From a virus (lineage: Duplodnaviria > Caudoviricetes), in the IMG/VR virus record IMGVR_UViG_3300007171_000004, positions 160,001-224,000 of that record: 64,000 nucleotides of DNA; one strand, 5' to 3'. The first letter of the stretch is position 1. Each line of letters begins with the position of its first letter. The notes beneath the pieces were generated by a model, which saw only the letters and a list, made by a program, of their open reading frames with translations, had not been told where the DNA came from and did no database searches. This document shows positions 18,840-29,118 of this stretch, in pieces. Both the position numbers and the translations under genes were made by a program.

Positions 18840-21226
18840 TGCCAGTTGATATCAAAACAGAAGAAATTATCAAAAACATTACCAAAAGTTTAGCTGAAGT
18901 TTATAAATCATATTCAGAATCTATTGGCGATGAAAACACTGTCAATACATCTATTTTTGAACTAAATAATCTTAGATCTATAGCAGAAGATGGAATACCT
19001 TATTTCGGAGTTATTGAAACAAACCCGCTTGGATTTCAATTTTCATATTCCAGTCTAGATCCACAATATGTTAGCATTACATCTGGGCAAATAGGATATA
19101 AAGGGCAAATTTTAACAATCAATGCTCAAAAAATTGGATTAAGAAAAAGCTTCTCAACGAGCTTCTCAACTTCCCATGTATACGGAATTGTTTTAGGAAT
19201 TTCGCAAGCTGAATTGGATAAAACTAATCAACAATTATTTTCATCAGTTACAGAATTAGCAAATATTGGAGCTACACAAATCAAGGTTAAAGACATTACT
19301 GTAGCATCAAATTTAGGATTTCCACTTCAGGCATATGTTGGATCTGTTTTTGTTGAATTTACAGGAATCAATGGAGAATATCTAACAATTTCTTCAGCTC
19401 TATCACAATCAATTCAATTAGGCACTCCAGTATCTTTTTTATATCAAACAAAAATTACTGCTATTTCAGGACCTGCAGTAACAACAGTATCTTTGAACCC
19501 AGCTGATTTCACATACTTCCCAATAATCCCTAAGACATACATTGAAATTGGAAGAATTTTAGTACAAAATCCACAAAATCCTTATCTTACCAATGTATCT
19601 CAATGCTTAAGAACTGCGGTAGATTATCCTCAATTAACATCTACTAATTCGCTCCTAGGAAATGATGTAGATAGAGGTAAAATCTTAGCTGCTTGCACTA
19701 ACGCTATTCAAGAATTAGATAACGTAAGTCCATCAAGCGTAATTAACTCTGTTATTCAATCACTTATCTCATATACAAATAAAAAAATTACATCAAGCTC
19801 AGTTACATCGACATTTAAAAAATTCTGGAGCGAGCAGCCTTTTAGAGCGACAAACTTATATGGAATTGGAAGTAATTTTTCTGGTGTTGAAAGATTTGAA
19901 TTTGATGATAATTTTAAAAAAGCTTATTTTGAAATTACAAATAATGATTTAGTTCATACATTTGCTATTTTCAGAGGAGACTTATATGATTCAACTAGAG
20001 CTATTATTACAAATTCAATAGTTACAGGACTTACATCAAGCACTAATAATTCACATGTGTATGATTCAAGTTTAGGCACAGGATCTTATGTTTATGGAGT
20101 CTCTGCTGTCACTAATGCTGGAGAGACAAATACAACATCAACTTCAATTATTTGTAAATCAAATACAATAAATTATTTCATAAACGAACTAAACTGGAAT
20201 AATGCCAATAATGCTGTCTTCTATCATGTATATAAAAGATCCTCAAGTAATTCAGTAAATGTAGACTCAAGACTATCTAATCCTTATGAAATTGTTGGCA
20301 CTCCTCAATTTACAAATACTCAAATAGTTCCTACTACTAATTATCTTTTAAGTTCTCAGTATTTAGCTTTGAAGTTCGTGCCAGTCAATAGTAATGCTGG
20401 GTCTAGTAATACACTTTATTGCGGTGGAGTTGATGTAAATTTCTGGAGATCTGGAACTTCTATTGTTAATTCTAATGATGGATTTGATATATACATTTGC
20501 TCAGATAATGCTGGTAATCCAAATAGATCTTCAAAATTATCTTCAACAACTAGAATGCAATATAGAGATTTTCCAACAACAACTTCAATCTCTACAATAG
20601 CCTTCGAAAGTGGTGCAAATCTCACTAAAAATAGCACTTATTGGATTGTTTTAGAATATAATGTCGCCTCTAGTCCAATTAACATTTTTAGATTAGCTTC
20701 TGTATCTACTGGAACTAATTTAGCTAAAACCTCTTCTGATGGTAGTACATGGTCTTCTTTAGCTAATACTGAGATTTATTTCAAGCCAAAAGGGTATTTA
20801 GATTTTGGCAGAACTACGATTTCTAGTGTCAATAAAGGAATTAAATTAACCAAACAAATTTCAAATAAGGCATCAAGATTATCAGTATATGTCCCACCTG
20901 TTGATAATTTAGAAACCACAAGCGATCCAAAATATGATCTTTCTGGAAAGTTAGTGTCTACAGCTTCAACTGACACAAATATTTCAAATGATTTAATTGT
21001 AACAGTGATTGCAAAAAATGGTGAAAATGGTACGCCTAAAACATTGACTGCTACAGTTTCTAAAAATACTCCTAGAAATACAAGAATTTTATTAGGAACA
21101 ACAACAGATTTATTTGATAGAGTTGAAGATGTATATGTATCTCCTGGAAATAATTTAACTACTTATTCTAATGGACTTGTAGATTGGTCTATTTACGATT
21201 TGATTACTATTGAAACGGTTCCATAA
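18839..21226 (+). CDS. virion protein with beta-sandwich modules
   Basis: 795 aa, S/T-rich; FN3-like GSYVYGVSAVTNAGET and a YWIVLE module. Confidence 0.65.
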   Translation: MPVDIKTEEIIKNITKSLAEVYKSYSESIGDENTVNTSIFELNNLRSIAEDGIPYFGVIETNPLGFQFSYSSLDPQYVSITSGQIGYKGQILTINAQKIGLRKSFSTSFSTSHVYGIVLGISQAELDKTNQQLFSSVTELANIGATQIKVKDITVASNLGFPLQAYVGSVFVEFTGINGEYLTISSALSQSIQLGTPVSFLYQTKITAISGPAVTTVSLNPADFTYFPIIPKTYIEIGRILVQNPQNPYLTNVSQCLRTAVDYPQLTSTNSLLGNDVDRGKILAACTNAIQELDNVSPSSVINSVIQSLISYTNKKITSSSVTSTFKKFWSEQPFRATNLYGIGSNFSGVERFEFDDNFKKAYFEITNNDLVHTFAIFRGDLYDSTRAIITNSIVTGLTSSTNNSHVYDSSLGTGSYVYGVSAVTNAGETNTTSTSIICKSNTINYFINELNWNNANNAVFYHVYKRSSSNSVNVDSRLSNPYEIVGTPQFTNTQIVPTTNYLLSSQYLALKFVPVNSNAGSSNTLYCGGVDVNFWRSGTSIVNSNDGFDIYICSDNAGNPNRSSKLSSTTRMQYRDFPTTTSISTIAFESGANLTKNSTYWIVLEYNVASSPINIFRLASVSTGTNLAKTSSDGSTWSSLANTEIYFKPKGYLDFGRTTISSVNKGIKLTKQISNKASRLSVYVPPVDNLETTSDPKYDLSGKLVSTASTDTNISNDLIVTVIAKNGENGTPKTLTATVSKNTPRNTRILLGTTTDLFDRVEDVYVSPGNNLTTYSNGLVDWSIYDLITIETVP

Positions 21227-22593
21227 TGCCCTACAATAACGAATATAAAAATATCTATTCAATTTTAGGATTAGAACCTGGCTACAATGATCTTCTTTTT
21301 ATAGTCAAGAATGATGCAGTAGAACCATTTTTTAACTTTAATATAAATCAGATTAATTTTAATTATTGTTTGAGAACTTCTAATATTAGTTTTGAATACG
21401 AACAAAACGCATCTATCTCTCAAAGATTTGCTGGTGAAGGGAATTTTCCAAATAATTTAGCCGTTCAAAAACAAATTCTTAAGGTTTCACTTGAATTTCC
21501 ATTACTAGCTAATTCTTCTGGATATATTGATCATGCATTTTCAGCTCTTTGGGATTTAGCTTGTGAAGGATATCAGGGAACTCCAACTGTAGCTATGTCA
21601 GGCATCAAAAATTCACCTGCTCAAAATCCAGTTACGTTGCCTACAAATTCTAATACAATCTATCTTAAAAATATTGCTGAATTTGCAGACATACCAACAC
21701 CTTTCCAAATAACTATAGCATCTTGGGATAATTCTGAAGGACCTCAAACAACAACAGTAACAGCAATTAATAGAACTGAAAAATTCTTGCAAATCAATCC
21801 TTCTACCGCTGGCGCAAGAACTATAGAAAAAACAGTTATTTATCATGATCCAGTTTCATCGACTAGAAAAGCTACTTTTACCCTAGTTTCATTAAGAGAA
21901 GGTATTATTTCAAATTGTATTGTTGATAATATAACTTTAAATATAAACACTAACGGACCTATCACTGTTAGAGCTGACATTTTTGCATCTAATATTGACA
22001 GAAATTTACAGCCATTAATTAGCGATGATTTAGATACTTTTAGAGAAAATATAAATAAAATTGGCCCTCTAAGACAAGTATCAGGTATAAATACAAAATT
22101 AACATATATTAGCGCAAATAGTGGAAATTTCAATCTGTATCCAAGAATAGATGATAAATTTGTAACAGGATTTCAAGGAACAACAATATCATCATTTCAA
22201 GTACAAGAAATTAATCTTACTTTATCAAATCAAATAGATGAATTGTTTACAAAGCATTCTATACATAATAATTTAGATGCTAGAAAAAGAAATAATATAC
22301 ATCCATTTCTTATGACTTCTAATGGACAAAAATTTGAAGGCAGTATAAAATATTTTTCACCAATATCAGCTTTTACAATGGCAGAGATATTATCAGGCCC
22401 ATCATCTTTAAACGGGGGAGGCATTAGAATTGATACTGGAGATTTTAAAATTAACTTACAAGAATTAGCATGGACCCCTGTAAGATCATTTGGAAGTGTC
22501 TCAGAAAATACAGGAGAAGAGATAAAATTCCAGCTCTTGTCAGAATCTTTTATAATATCTCCTGTATTGGAGTTTTCAAACGATTATTCATGA
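21226..22593 (+). CDS. tail tube-like protein 1
   Basis: NCIVDNITLNI...ITVRADIFA; VQEINLTLSNQI...HPFLMTSNGQKFEGSIKYF resembles large (Phage_tube_2-type) tube proteins. Confidence 0.5.
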   Translation: MPYNNEYKNIYSILGLEPGYNDLLFIVKNDAVEPFFNFNINQINFNYCLRTSNISFEYEQNASISQRFAGEGNFPNNLAVQKQILKVSLEFPLLANSSGYIDHAFSALWDLACEGYQGTPTVAMSGIKNSPAQNPVTLPTNSNTIYLKNIAEFADIPTPFQITIASWDNSEGPQTTTVTAINRTEKFLQINPSTAGARTIEKTVIYHDPVSSTRKATFTLVSLREGIISNCIVDNITLNINTNGPITVRADIFASNIDRNLQPLISDDLDTFRENINKIGPLRQVSGINTKLTYISANSGNFNLYPRIDDKFVTGFQGTTISSFQVQEINLTLSNQIDELFTKHSIHNNLDARKRNNIHPFLMTSNGQKFEGSIKYFSPISAFTMAEILSGPSSLNGGGIRIDTGDFKINLQELAWTPVRSFGSVSENTGEEIKFQLLSESFIISPVLEFSNDYS

Positions 22594-22991
22594 GTATTTT
22601 TATAGATCCTGATCAAACATTCGAAATTACGGTTAGATTTGTCCTAAAAGGAAGCATTAATGATACTTCTTCCGCTATTAAGATCCTAAGGGGCGAAGAA
22701 GAAGATGAAAATCAAATTGAATTAACTTGCGATGTCTCAGGAAGAGATTTTGATACAATGAGCAAAATATTAGAAGAAGCAACTATTATTAACTCTGTGA
22801 CAGGAGCTCCAATGGTCAGAACTTCTATTTTTTGTAAACTTGTAATTCTTAACTTCTTTAGAGCATGGAACCTTAATGACTCAGAAACAAACAAACAAGT
22901 GCCAATCTCCCAAGAAACTGTAGGAAAAATGAGATACGAACTAGTCAGAGAGCTTACATCTAAATGGCTAGACCTAACAAGCGCAAAATGA
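22590..22991 (+). CDS. tail assembly chaperone-like protein 1
   Basis: Start at the ATGA overlap (MSIFIDP); FRAWNLNDSETNKQVPISQETVGKM resembles tail chaperones. Confidence 0.5.
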   Translation: MSIFIDPDQTFEITVRFVLKGSINDTSSAIKILRGEEEDENQIELTCDVSGRDFDTMSKILEEATIINSVTGAPMVRTSIFCKLVILNFFRAWNLNDSETNKQVPISQETVGKMRYELVRELTSKWLDLTSAK

Positions 22992-24220
22992 TCTACTATC
23001 TAAATCAAGCTTTACAAGACACAAGCACATCAAGAAACAATATCTTTATTCTAGGTATTCCAAAAATTAATAACGGAATCTGGAAATTCTTAAAGCTGTC
23101 TGTAGATACATCAAAGGCAAAAGGTAAAGCTAAATTTAGAAGCTCATATGTTTGGAATTTATTTAACTTTACTAGCCTACTCCCTACAGAATTTGATGAT
23201 GCCACAGAACATATGTATATTAATGACTCTTCTAATTGGCATCCTATTTGGGTAGAAGGTTATAATGATGATGCAGGTTCCGATGTATTTAAGCCTGTAC
23301 CAACCCTCTATACAAGCATTCAATTTAACAGTCCAGCCTACGAACAACAAAAATATTCTGGAAATTTTAAAACTAATCCATTCATTACAATAGATACAGA
23401 AAATCCAGAAACCTTAAACTCAGAAAAAATTTTATATGCTGCATCAATTATTCCAGGATATCCAATAATGACAGCATCTTCCATAAGTAATCACAAATCT
23501 TATGGACCTGTATTCTTTCAAAATATATCCTTCTCAGTAAACGGACAAGAATCTTTAGGCTCCGTTAATATTGAGTGTAATTTCATAGGCGGTAAAATTC
23601 TCATAGATCCAAACCTCTCTATTAGAAAACCAGACATTCAAGAATTTCAACCAGTAACAGATATCTACCAAAATAATAATGATGAATCTAATTTTAATTA
23701 TTTGCCATATAGAAAAGCAAATATTATTGATTGTATGATATCGTTCACTACAGTCAAAACTAAAGAAGATTTACATAGCGCATTAATAAAAAGAATAGAT
23801 TATACAAGTGAACCTGAACTAAAACTTCTCAAAATGTCGTTAAATATATCTCAAAACGTAGAACTTGTATACACAACTCCACAAGATTCTTTACAAAACT
23901 ACTATGGAGATAAAATAGGACCAAAATATGCTGAAATATCCAATAGAAAAGTAACAGGATCTATAACATTTTACTCAACAGAAAGAGAGATTTACCTAAA
24001 CAATACTGGATCTTTAACCATGTATTTTGGAAACGATTTCTTCTTCCCATTTGATGATGTAGAATGGCAAAAACCTAAATTTTCAGCTACAGACAGAGGA
24101 TATGAACACGAATATAATTTTATAGCAAGAGTGGCAAGAAATTCACTAAATACTCCTGACACAAAATACCTGAATTTCCCAGTGTCAGAATTCGCTATTA
24201 ATTATGCAGACCTACTATGA
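22988..24220 (+). CDS. tail tube-like protein 2
   Basis: Start at the ATGA overlap; VFFQNISFSVN...VNIECNFIG; LLKMSLNISQNV...GPKYAEISNRKVTGSITFY. Confidence 0.5.
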   Translation: MIYYLNQALQDTSTSRNNIFILGIPKINNGIWKFLKLSVDTSKAKGKAKFRSSYVWNLFNFTSLLPTEFDDATEHMYINDSSNWHPIWVEGYNDDAGSDVFKPVPTLYTSIQFNSPAYEQQKYSGNFKTNPFITIDTENPETLNSEKILYAASIIPGYPIMTASSISNHKSYGPVFFQNISFSVNGQESLGSVNIECNFIGGKILIDPNLSIRKPDIQEFQPVTDIYQNNNDESNFNYLPYRKANIIDCMISFTTVKTKEDLHSALIKRIDYTSEPELKLLKMSLNISQNVELVYTTPQDSLQNYYGDKIGPKYAEISNRKVTGSITFYSTEREIYLNNTGSLTMYFGNDFFFPFDDVEWQKPKFSATDRGYEHEYNFIARVARNSLNTPDTKYLNFPVSEFAINYADLL

Positions 24221-24921
24221 CAAAAGAACAAGCCTTAGATAAATTAATAGAAATCTTTTCAAATTTGCCAGAAGAACATAATCAATATGAACTTAAAGCA
24301 AATAAAGATGAATTTATACTAAAAATTCCAATTAATGATTCTTATATTCTTTGCTGCCTAAAAGAATTATCATGGAAAGAATCTATGGAAATTGAAGCTT
24401 TTTCCTTTAGAGAAGATAATGACGGGGATTATTTCTCAGGCGAATATGAAAAAAGAGAAATCCTTAAAAAAACTCTGGTTTGGATATATAGTGTCGATGA
24501 AGCAAGAGTTGAATATAACGATACCTATGGACAACTATTAGCTAAAATTAAATACGATATTATTGATAAAATTTACCAAGAATATTTTAGATATATTAAC
24601 ATTGATGCAAAAGAAGCTAATTATATCTACAATACAGCCCTTAAATACTTCAACGGCACAGCTCAAGAAGATCGACCTGTAATTCCCCTAATAGTAGAAG
24701 TGGATTATATGGCTAAAGGTATCGTTACAATTTCTAGAGACGAATTTGCAAAACTATCAATCTCAGAATTCGAAAAAATACAACTTATTCTTGCAGCCAG
24801 AGCCGATGCACTTAAATTAGCACCTACACAAATAGATACAAGTAAGAATAATGTAAATGTTGGAGGAATTATGGATAACCTACAACAATATATGCAAACA
24901 CTACCTAAAAGAGCTAATTAA
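24217..24921 (+). CDS. tail assembly chaperone-like protein 2
   Basis: Follows tube-like gene 2; LKELSWKESMEIE...EILKKTLVW pattern. Confidence 0.4.
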   Translation: MTKEQALDKLIEIFSNLPEEHNQYELKANKDEFILKIPINDSYILCCLKELSWKESMEIEAFSFREDNDGDYFSGEYEKREILKKTLVWIYSVDEARVEYNDTYGQLLAKIKYDIIDKIYQEYFRYINIDAKEANYIYNTALKYFNGTAQEDRPVIPLIVEVDYMAKGIVTISRDEFAKLSISEFEKIQLILAARADALKLAPTQIDTSKNNVNVGGIMDNLQQYMQTLPKRAN

Positions 24922-25111
24922 CTTCTAAGCCTAAATCTTTAAGCATTTGAGCAAATTCTTCTTCAGACATATCAACTCCATCTGAAACAACTTTATCAGC
25001 TAAATCTGCAATATTTTCAGCTTTTTCAGGCTCTTCAGTTTCATCTAATAATTCAGAAATTCTTAGTAATCTCTTAGCAATATTAGCAATTAAAATCTTA
25101 TCATTATCCAT
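24914..25111 (-). CDS. small acidic helical hypothetical protein
   Basis: 65 aa; TAATG coupling with 25111. Confidence 0.65.
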   Translation of the reverse strand: MDNDKILIANIAKRLLRISELLDETEEPEKAENIADLADKVVSDGVDMSEEEFAQMLKDLGLEVN

Positions 25112-25455
25112 TAGTGTATAACCTTATCCAAATCATTTCCTTTATGCTTGGATTCCTTAATTAATAACTTATATTTACCAAGAATACTCTGCATACTCTT
25201 TTTAACTTCATCAGAGATTTTACCAGGATCATTAGTGTAAACCATCACACCATTATTAGGTAAAGATTTAGTGACATTGTGAATACCATACATTCCCAAA
25301 TATTCTTCAGAAATCTCATCCGCAAGATCGTCTAATTCATCCCTTAGACCTTCTTCATCTTCTAACCGCTCATACTTATTCTTCTTACGTAAATCAGCTC
25401 TCTTGTTAATCGAGCCATAATATTCATAATCATCACTAGACTTGTGAAACTTCAT
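25111..25455 (-). CDS. hypothetical protein
   Basis: ATG at 25455 with GAGGATAGGG upstream (MKFHKSSDD). Confidence 0.65.
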   Translation of the reverse strand: MKFHKSSDDYEYYGSINKRADLRKKNKYERLEDEEGLRDELDDLADEISEEYLGMYGIHNVTKSLPNNGVMVYTNDPGKISDEVKKSMQSILGKYKLLIKESKHKGNDLDKVIH

Positions 25456-25534
25456 CCCTATCCTCAAAACAAAGGTATTATAATTAAAAGATTCCTAAAA
25501 AATCTTCTTTTAATCCTTTTGTACAAGAACTAAT

Positions 25535-25771
25535 ATGTATACTTTTAAAATCCTATACCCACATGACGAAATTTATGGACCTATTTGCCATAATTATTCT
25601 ACTGCATTTCGAGAAGCTAATAAAGAACTTGGAAAATTAATATCAACAGGTTGGGTTATTGAAGAAGGATCAAATTCTGACGATATAAAAATTCCATATA
25701 ACGTAAAACTAAAAAGAGAAGGTTCTACAGCTAATATTTATATCTGTAAAATCCTTCTCCAAGATGTTTAA
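25535..25771 (+). CDS. hypothetical protein
   Basis: 78-aa ORF ending at the hairpin shared with the capsid operon. Confidence 0.6.
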   Translation: MYTFKILYPHDEIYGPICHNYSTAFREANKELGKLISTGWVIEEGSNSDDIKIPYNVKLKREGSTANIYICKILLQDV

Positions 25772-25774
25772 AAA

Positions 25775-25803
25775 AATAAGGGGAGAATAAATCTCCCCTT
25801 ATT
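25775..25803 (-). terminator. intrinsic terminator of the capsid operon (possibly bidirectional)
   Basis: AATAAGGGGAGA-ATAAA-TCTCCCCTTATT with a T-run on the minus strand. Confidence 0.8.
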
Positions 25804-25823
25804 ATTGTCAGCCATACTATGGA

Positions 25824-26678
25824 CTAAGCAACGCTGATTCTTGATACAGCATAATCGTTTACAAGGGCGAAGCCTAATTCTTCATAAACAACCCATCCAA
25901 GTCTGAGTCTCTTTGGATCGTCAGCTGGGAGGACAGTGATGTCTTGTCTGATAGGCATAGCACCAACGAATTGTGCAGGTGCAAGAACGTAGACAGAGTT
26001 CTTAGGAACCATTGTCGAAACGTGGATGTCTGCGGAGTAGATATGACCGTAAAGACCAGTCATAAGGATATCTCTTTGAGTTGCCTCATCGAAGAATTCC
26101 TTGCCCCAGTTTCTGATATCCTTGTATCTTTGTGGGTGAAGAACAACCTTAGCACCAATGAGCTCATGCTCCTCAATGAGGGTAAGAGCAAGGTTGATGT
26201 TCTCTGGTTGAAGAGTACCGGAGACCGAGATCGACTGGTCAGTAGGAACGCCAGCGTTGATGACCTTGAATACTTCGGTATCTTCTTGTCTTTGGAGGGA
26301 GTCCTTAGCACGAACCTGAGCTCTATCAACGATGTAGAATCTTCTAGCTCTAATTTCGTTGAGTCTGATTTGTGGGTGTGCAGCAAGTTCAATTGTTGGA
26401 ACGAGGAGCTCTTCTGCTTCAACTTCAGCCGAAGGAACAGCACCACGCTTAGGGATGACGTAGGACTTGACAGCTACATCTCTCTCGTAGCGAGCAAGAG
26501 CGCCTTGTGGGAGCTCATCAACCATAAGAAGCTTACGGCCAATTGCTTGATACATAAGGGAGGTCTTGATTGGCTCGACCATAGCTTGTGCCAATGCTGT
26601 ACGTCCCTCGGCAGTCTCAAGAGCCATCGCAATGATTTGCTCTCTCTGCTCGTTTACATTTCTCTTAATCATAGACAT
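25824..26678 (-). CDS. major capsid protein (HK97 fold)
   Basis: ALAQAMVEPIKTSLMYQAIGRKLLMVDELPQG...PTIELAAHPQI...LQRQED...LGWVVYEELGF; last gene of the portal-protease-scaffold-decoration operon; AAGGAG RBS; strong codon bias. Confidence 0.9.
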   Translation of the reverse strand: MSMIKRNVNEQREQIIAMALETAEGRTALAQAMVEPIKTSLMYQAIGRKLLMVDELPQGALARYERDVAVKSYVIPKRGAVPSAEVEAEELLVPTIELAAHPQIRLNEIRARRFYIVDRAQVRAKDSLQRQEDTEVFKVINAGVPTDQSISVSGTLQPENINLALTLIEEHELIGAKVVLHPQRYKDIRNWGKEFFDEATQRDILMTGLYGHIYSADIHVSTMVPKNSVYVLAPAQFVGAMPIRQDITVLPADDPKRLRLGWVVYEELGFALVNDYAVSRISVA

Positions 26679-26712
26679 TTTTAATTTTCTCCTTAATTAC
26701 CTTAGCTCAATA

Positions 26713-27381
26713 TTAGTATGCAGAGATCTGAGTAAAGAAGAGGATGCCAGCAGCTGAATCATAGCTGTCAACACGTCCAACTGCAATACCATGAGCAACA
26801 TTCTGAAGCTTTGTGAGCTTACCAGCGTTAGCACCAGCACCTGGGGTCAAAAGATCACCAGGAGCAGGAGTCCAAGCAGCACCAGCGTCAGTATCGACTG
26901 CGGAAGTCGAGGAAGTAATGACGAACTGGTCAGTTACAAACTGTCCACCTGGGGTATTGAAAACGCCAACGCCTCTGCGTGGGGTCTCAAAGCCAGTAGC
27001 ACCAGCGGTTGGGTTGGTGTTAACAGTAACAGGCTCGTCGATGAAATCGCCGATTGCTCTCTTGGTTACCTTGTACCAGCCGTTGGTATTAGCAACCATA
27101 ACACCGTTTGCATCAGTGTAGGAAGCACCAACTGGATCGTTAAGAAGCATGGTAGCACCAGTTCTTGCACGGTCATCAGACGAGAATCCAACGAACTTAC
27201 CCATTTGGAGGATAAGGGTGTTGAATGGGGTTGTGGTCGAGTTACCTCTGTCTGCCTTGATAACAGTTCCGTCCGACTTGAGCATCAAAGGAGCTCCAGC
27301 GAGGAATTCTGTAGCAGTAGTACCATCAGCATTACATGGGTAGTTGGCAACTACAACTGAATTTAAAGCACGAATAGCCAT
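26713..27381 (-). CDS. capsid decoration/cement protein (putative)
   Basis: Immediately upstream of the MCP, G/A/T-rich, beta-tulip-like FLAGAPLMLKSDG...PGDLLT pattern, same codon bias as the MCP. Confidence 0.6.
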   Translation of the reverse strand: MAIRALNSVVVANYPCNADGTTATEFLAGAPLMLKSDGTVIKADRGNSTTTPFNTLILQMGKFVGFSSDDRARTGATMLLNDPVGASYTDANGVMVANTNGWYKVTKRAIGDFIDEPVTVNTNPTAGATGFETPRRGVGVFNTPGGQFVTDQFVITSSTSAVDTDAGAAWTPAPGDLLTPGAGANAGKLTKLQNVAHGIAVGRVDSYDSAAGILFFTQISAY

Positions 27382-27408
27382 TATATTTCTCCTATATATT
27401 TACGAGGA

Positions 27409-29064
27409 TTAATCCTCAATTTTTGGCATTGTCCAAGTACCCTTAAGGGCACTCTGAATGTCATAAGCTGCACTATTTAAAACAGAGCTTGAAAGTGCAG
27501 GGGTTGTCGAGATACCGTTTGTAGAAGCTGTTCTAACAGACATCTTCTCGGCAGCTGCTGCAGCAACTCTCTCAGCACTGGACTGAGCAGACTTGAGCAG
27601 AAGTTTGGTTTGTCTGATCATAGCGTCAGACTTAAGATTATCGTTGATCATTTGCTCTGCATATGCATCAACTTCTTCATTGGAAATAATTCCAGCAATT
27701 GCAAGCTTGGAAGCACAGGAATAAGAAGTCTTAACTCTAGCCATATCAACAGAAGATGCATTAGTACTAAGTTGATTTTGAACATTTTGTAATTGGTCTT
27801 TTACTAGATCAACTTCTTTTTTATTTTCAATCGCAGCATCACCATCAATGGTTTGAGCTTCAACTGCATCATCCTTCTTGTCATCCTTTTCAGCGGACTT
27901 GCAATACTTGCAATCAGCATCTGCTTCAATACACTTGTCGCAAACTGCCATCTTGGTGCTGCATTGTGCACACTTTACAGCATGAACTTCTACATCCTTA
28001 CCAGCAGTCTTTTCGGACTTTGTATATCCACAGCATTCACAGGTCTTGCCCTTGGATGCAACAGTTGTCTTATGCTTCATAGGCATATCAGTTGGAACTG
28101 CAAACATTTCCATCTTTTCTCCGCCAGCGGAAGGAACTTCTTCCACGCATTCCCAGTCAACTGTGACTTCAAGTTCACCATTGCCACCCTCAAGCTTAAT
28201 TGCTTCAACAGCACTTGGGGTTTGCAAACAATCTGGATTATTTGTTGGAACCTTAGTCTTAACAAAAGTTGGGTTCTCATTCTTAAGGGAATTTTCACCA
28301 TCCAACTTCATTACTGGATAGTCGGTCTCACCCTTATTACCTGCCTTGGTCTTAACGCCTTCAGCCGATGGGTATACTTCTTCTTCTGAAGCAATCTTCT
28401 TCAAAATATTTTCTCTATACGCACGACGTTCAGCTAAGGTTTGCTTCGTCATTTTATTTACCTCATGTGATAATTTGTGCATGGCACTTTCTGTGTCCTC
28501 GTCAGAATCCATATCATCTTCCGAATCCATATCTTCTTCAAAGTCAATTTCAGAATCTTCCCCAAGAACCGATTGAAGCGCCTCATGCACAGCTTGTTGT
28601 GCGGCTTCTAGCTTGTCAGCGGGAACTTCGATTTCAAATGTTGCTACATCATCATCTTCATCTTCTACTTCGTCTTCGTCATCAAATAAATCTACATCAT
28701 CATCGTCTGACATGTCATCATCTTCCATGTCTTCGTCGTCTTCCATGTCATCGTCCATGTCATGATCTTCATCATCCATGTCTTCATCCATGTCTTCGTC
28801 TTTTTCGTCTGCGAAGTCAACAGTTTCTGATTCCTCATCAAGATTAAAAAATTTGCTATCATCAATACCAGCTTCTCTTGCGATAACTGGTAAATATTTA
28901 GCTCTAATTGCACTAGCTACAACTCTTGCTTCATCACTGTCTAAAGAAGCGAATTTTTGCATATCAGATACACAAATTTCCATGTCTTCTCTATCAGTTT
29001 CTTGAATTTCAGCAATCTTCATAGCAGCTAATCTTGATTGAGTAATTTGTTCATTTTTATCCAT
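27409..29064 (-). CDS. scaffold-like acidic protein with CxxC clusters
   Basis: Lies between protease and capsid; D/E/M tract; CECCG, CAQC, CDKC, CKYC; helical C-terminus. Confidence 0.65.
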   Translation of the reverse strand: MDKNEQITQSRLAAMKIAEIQETDREDMEICVSDMQKFASLDSDEARVVASAIRAKYLPVIAREAGIDDSKFFNLDEESETVDFADEKDEDMDEDMDDEDHDMDDDMEDDEDMEDDDMSDDDDVDLFDDEDEVEDEDDDVATFEIEVPADKLEAAQQAVHEALQSVLGEDSEIDFEEDMDSEDDMDSDEDTESAMHKLSHEVNKMTKQTLAERRAYRENILKKIASEEEVYPSAEGVKTKAGNKGETDYPVMKLDGENSLKNENPTFVKTKVPTNNPDCLQTPSAVEAIKLEGGNGELEVTVDWECVEEVPSAGGEKMEMFAVPTDMPMKHKTTVASKGKTCECCGYTKSEKTAGKDVEVHAVKCAQCSTKMAVCDKCIEADADCKYCKSAEKDDKKDDAVEAQTIDGDAAIENKKEVDLVKDQLQNVQNQLSTNASSVDMARVKTSYSCASKLAIAGIISNEEVDAYAEQMINDNLKSDAMIRQTKLLLKSAQSSAERVAAAAAEKMSVRTASTNGISTTPALSSSVLNSAAYDIQSALKGTWTMPKIED

Positions 29065-29118
29065 CTGTTGCTGCTTCCCTTATAATTTTTACCTAAAGTT
29101 TAAGGTATCTTTTTTGGT

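Noticed and set aside
22900-24921. Programmed -1 frameshift in the tail chaperone genes
   Set aside because: No clear XXXYYYZ slippery heptamer near either 3-prime end; the ATGA overlaps explain the junctions.
25491-25520. Additional sigmaH-type promoter before 25455
   Set aside because: Spacing is AGGA-N19-GAAT rather than N18 and the C before AGGA is missing; possible but not counted.
25824-26678. Encapsulin rather than a phage capsid
   Set aside because: It lies in an operon with portal, protease, scaffold and terminase.
25944-28847. Long plus-strand ORFs (25944..26684, 26791..27360, 27853..28389, 28368..28847)
   Set aside because: They are antisense shadows of the strongly codon-biased MCP, decoration and scaffold genes, with no RBS or recognisable motifs.
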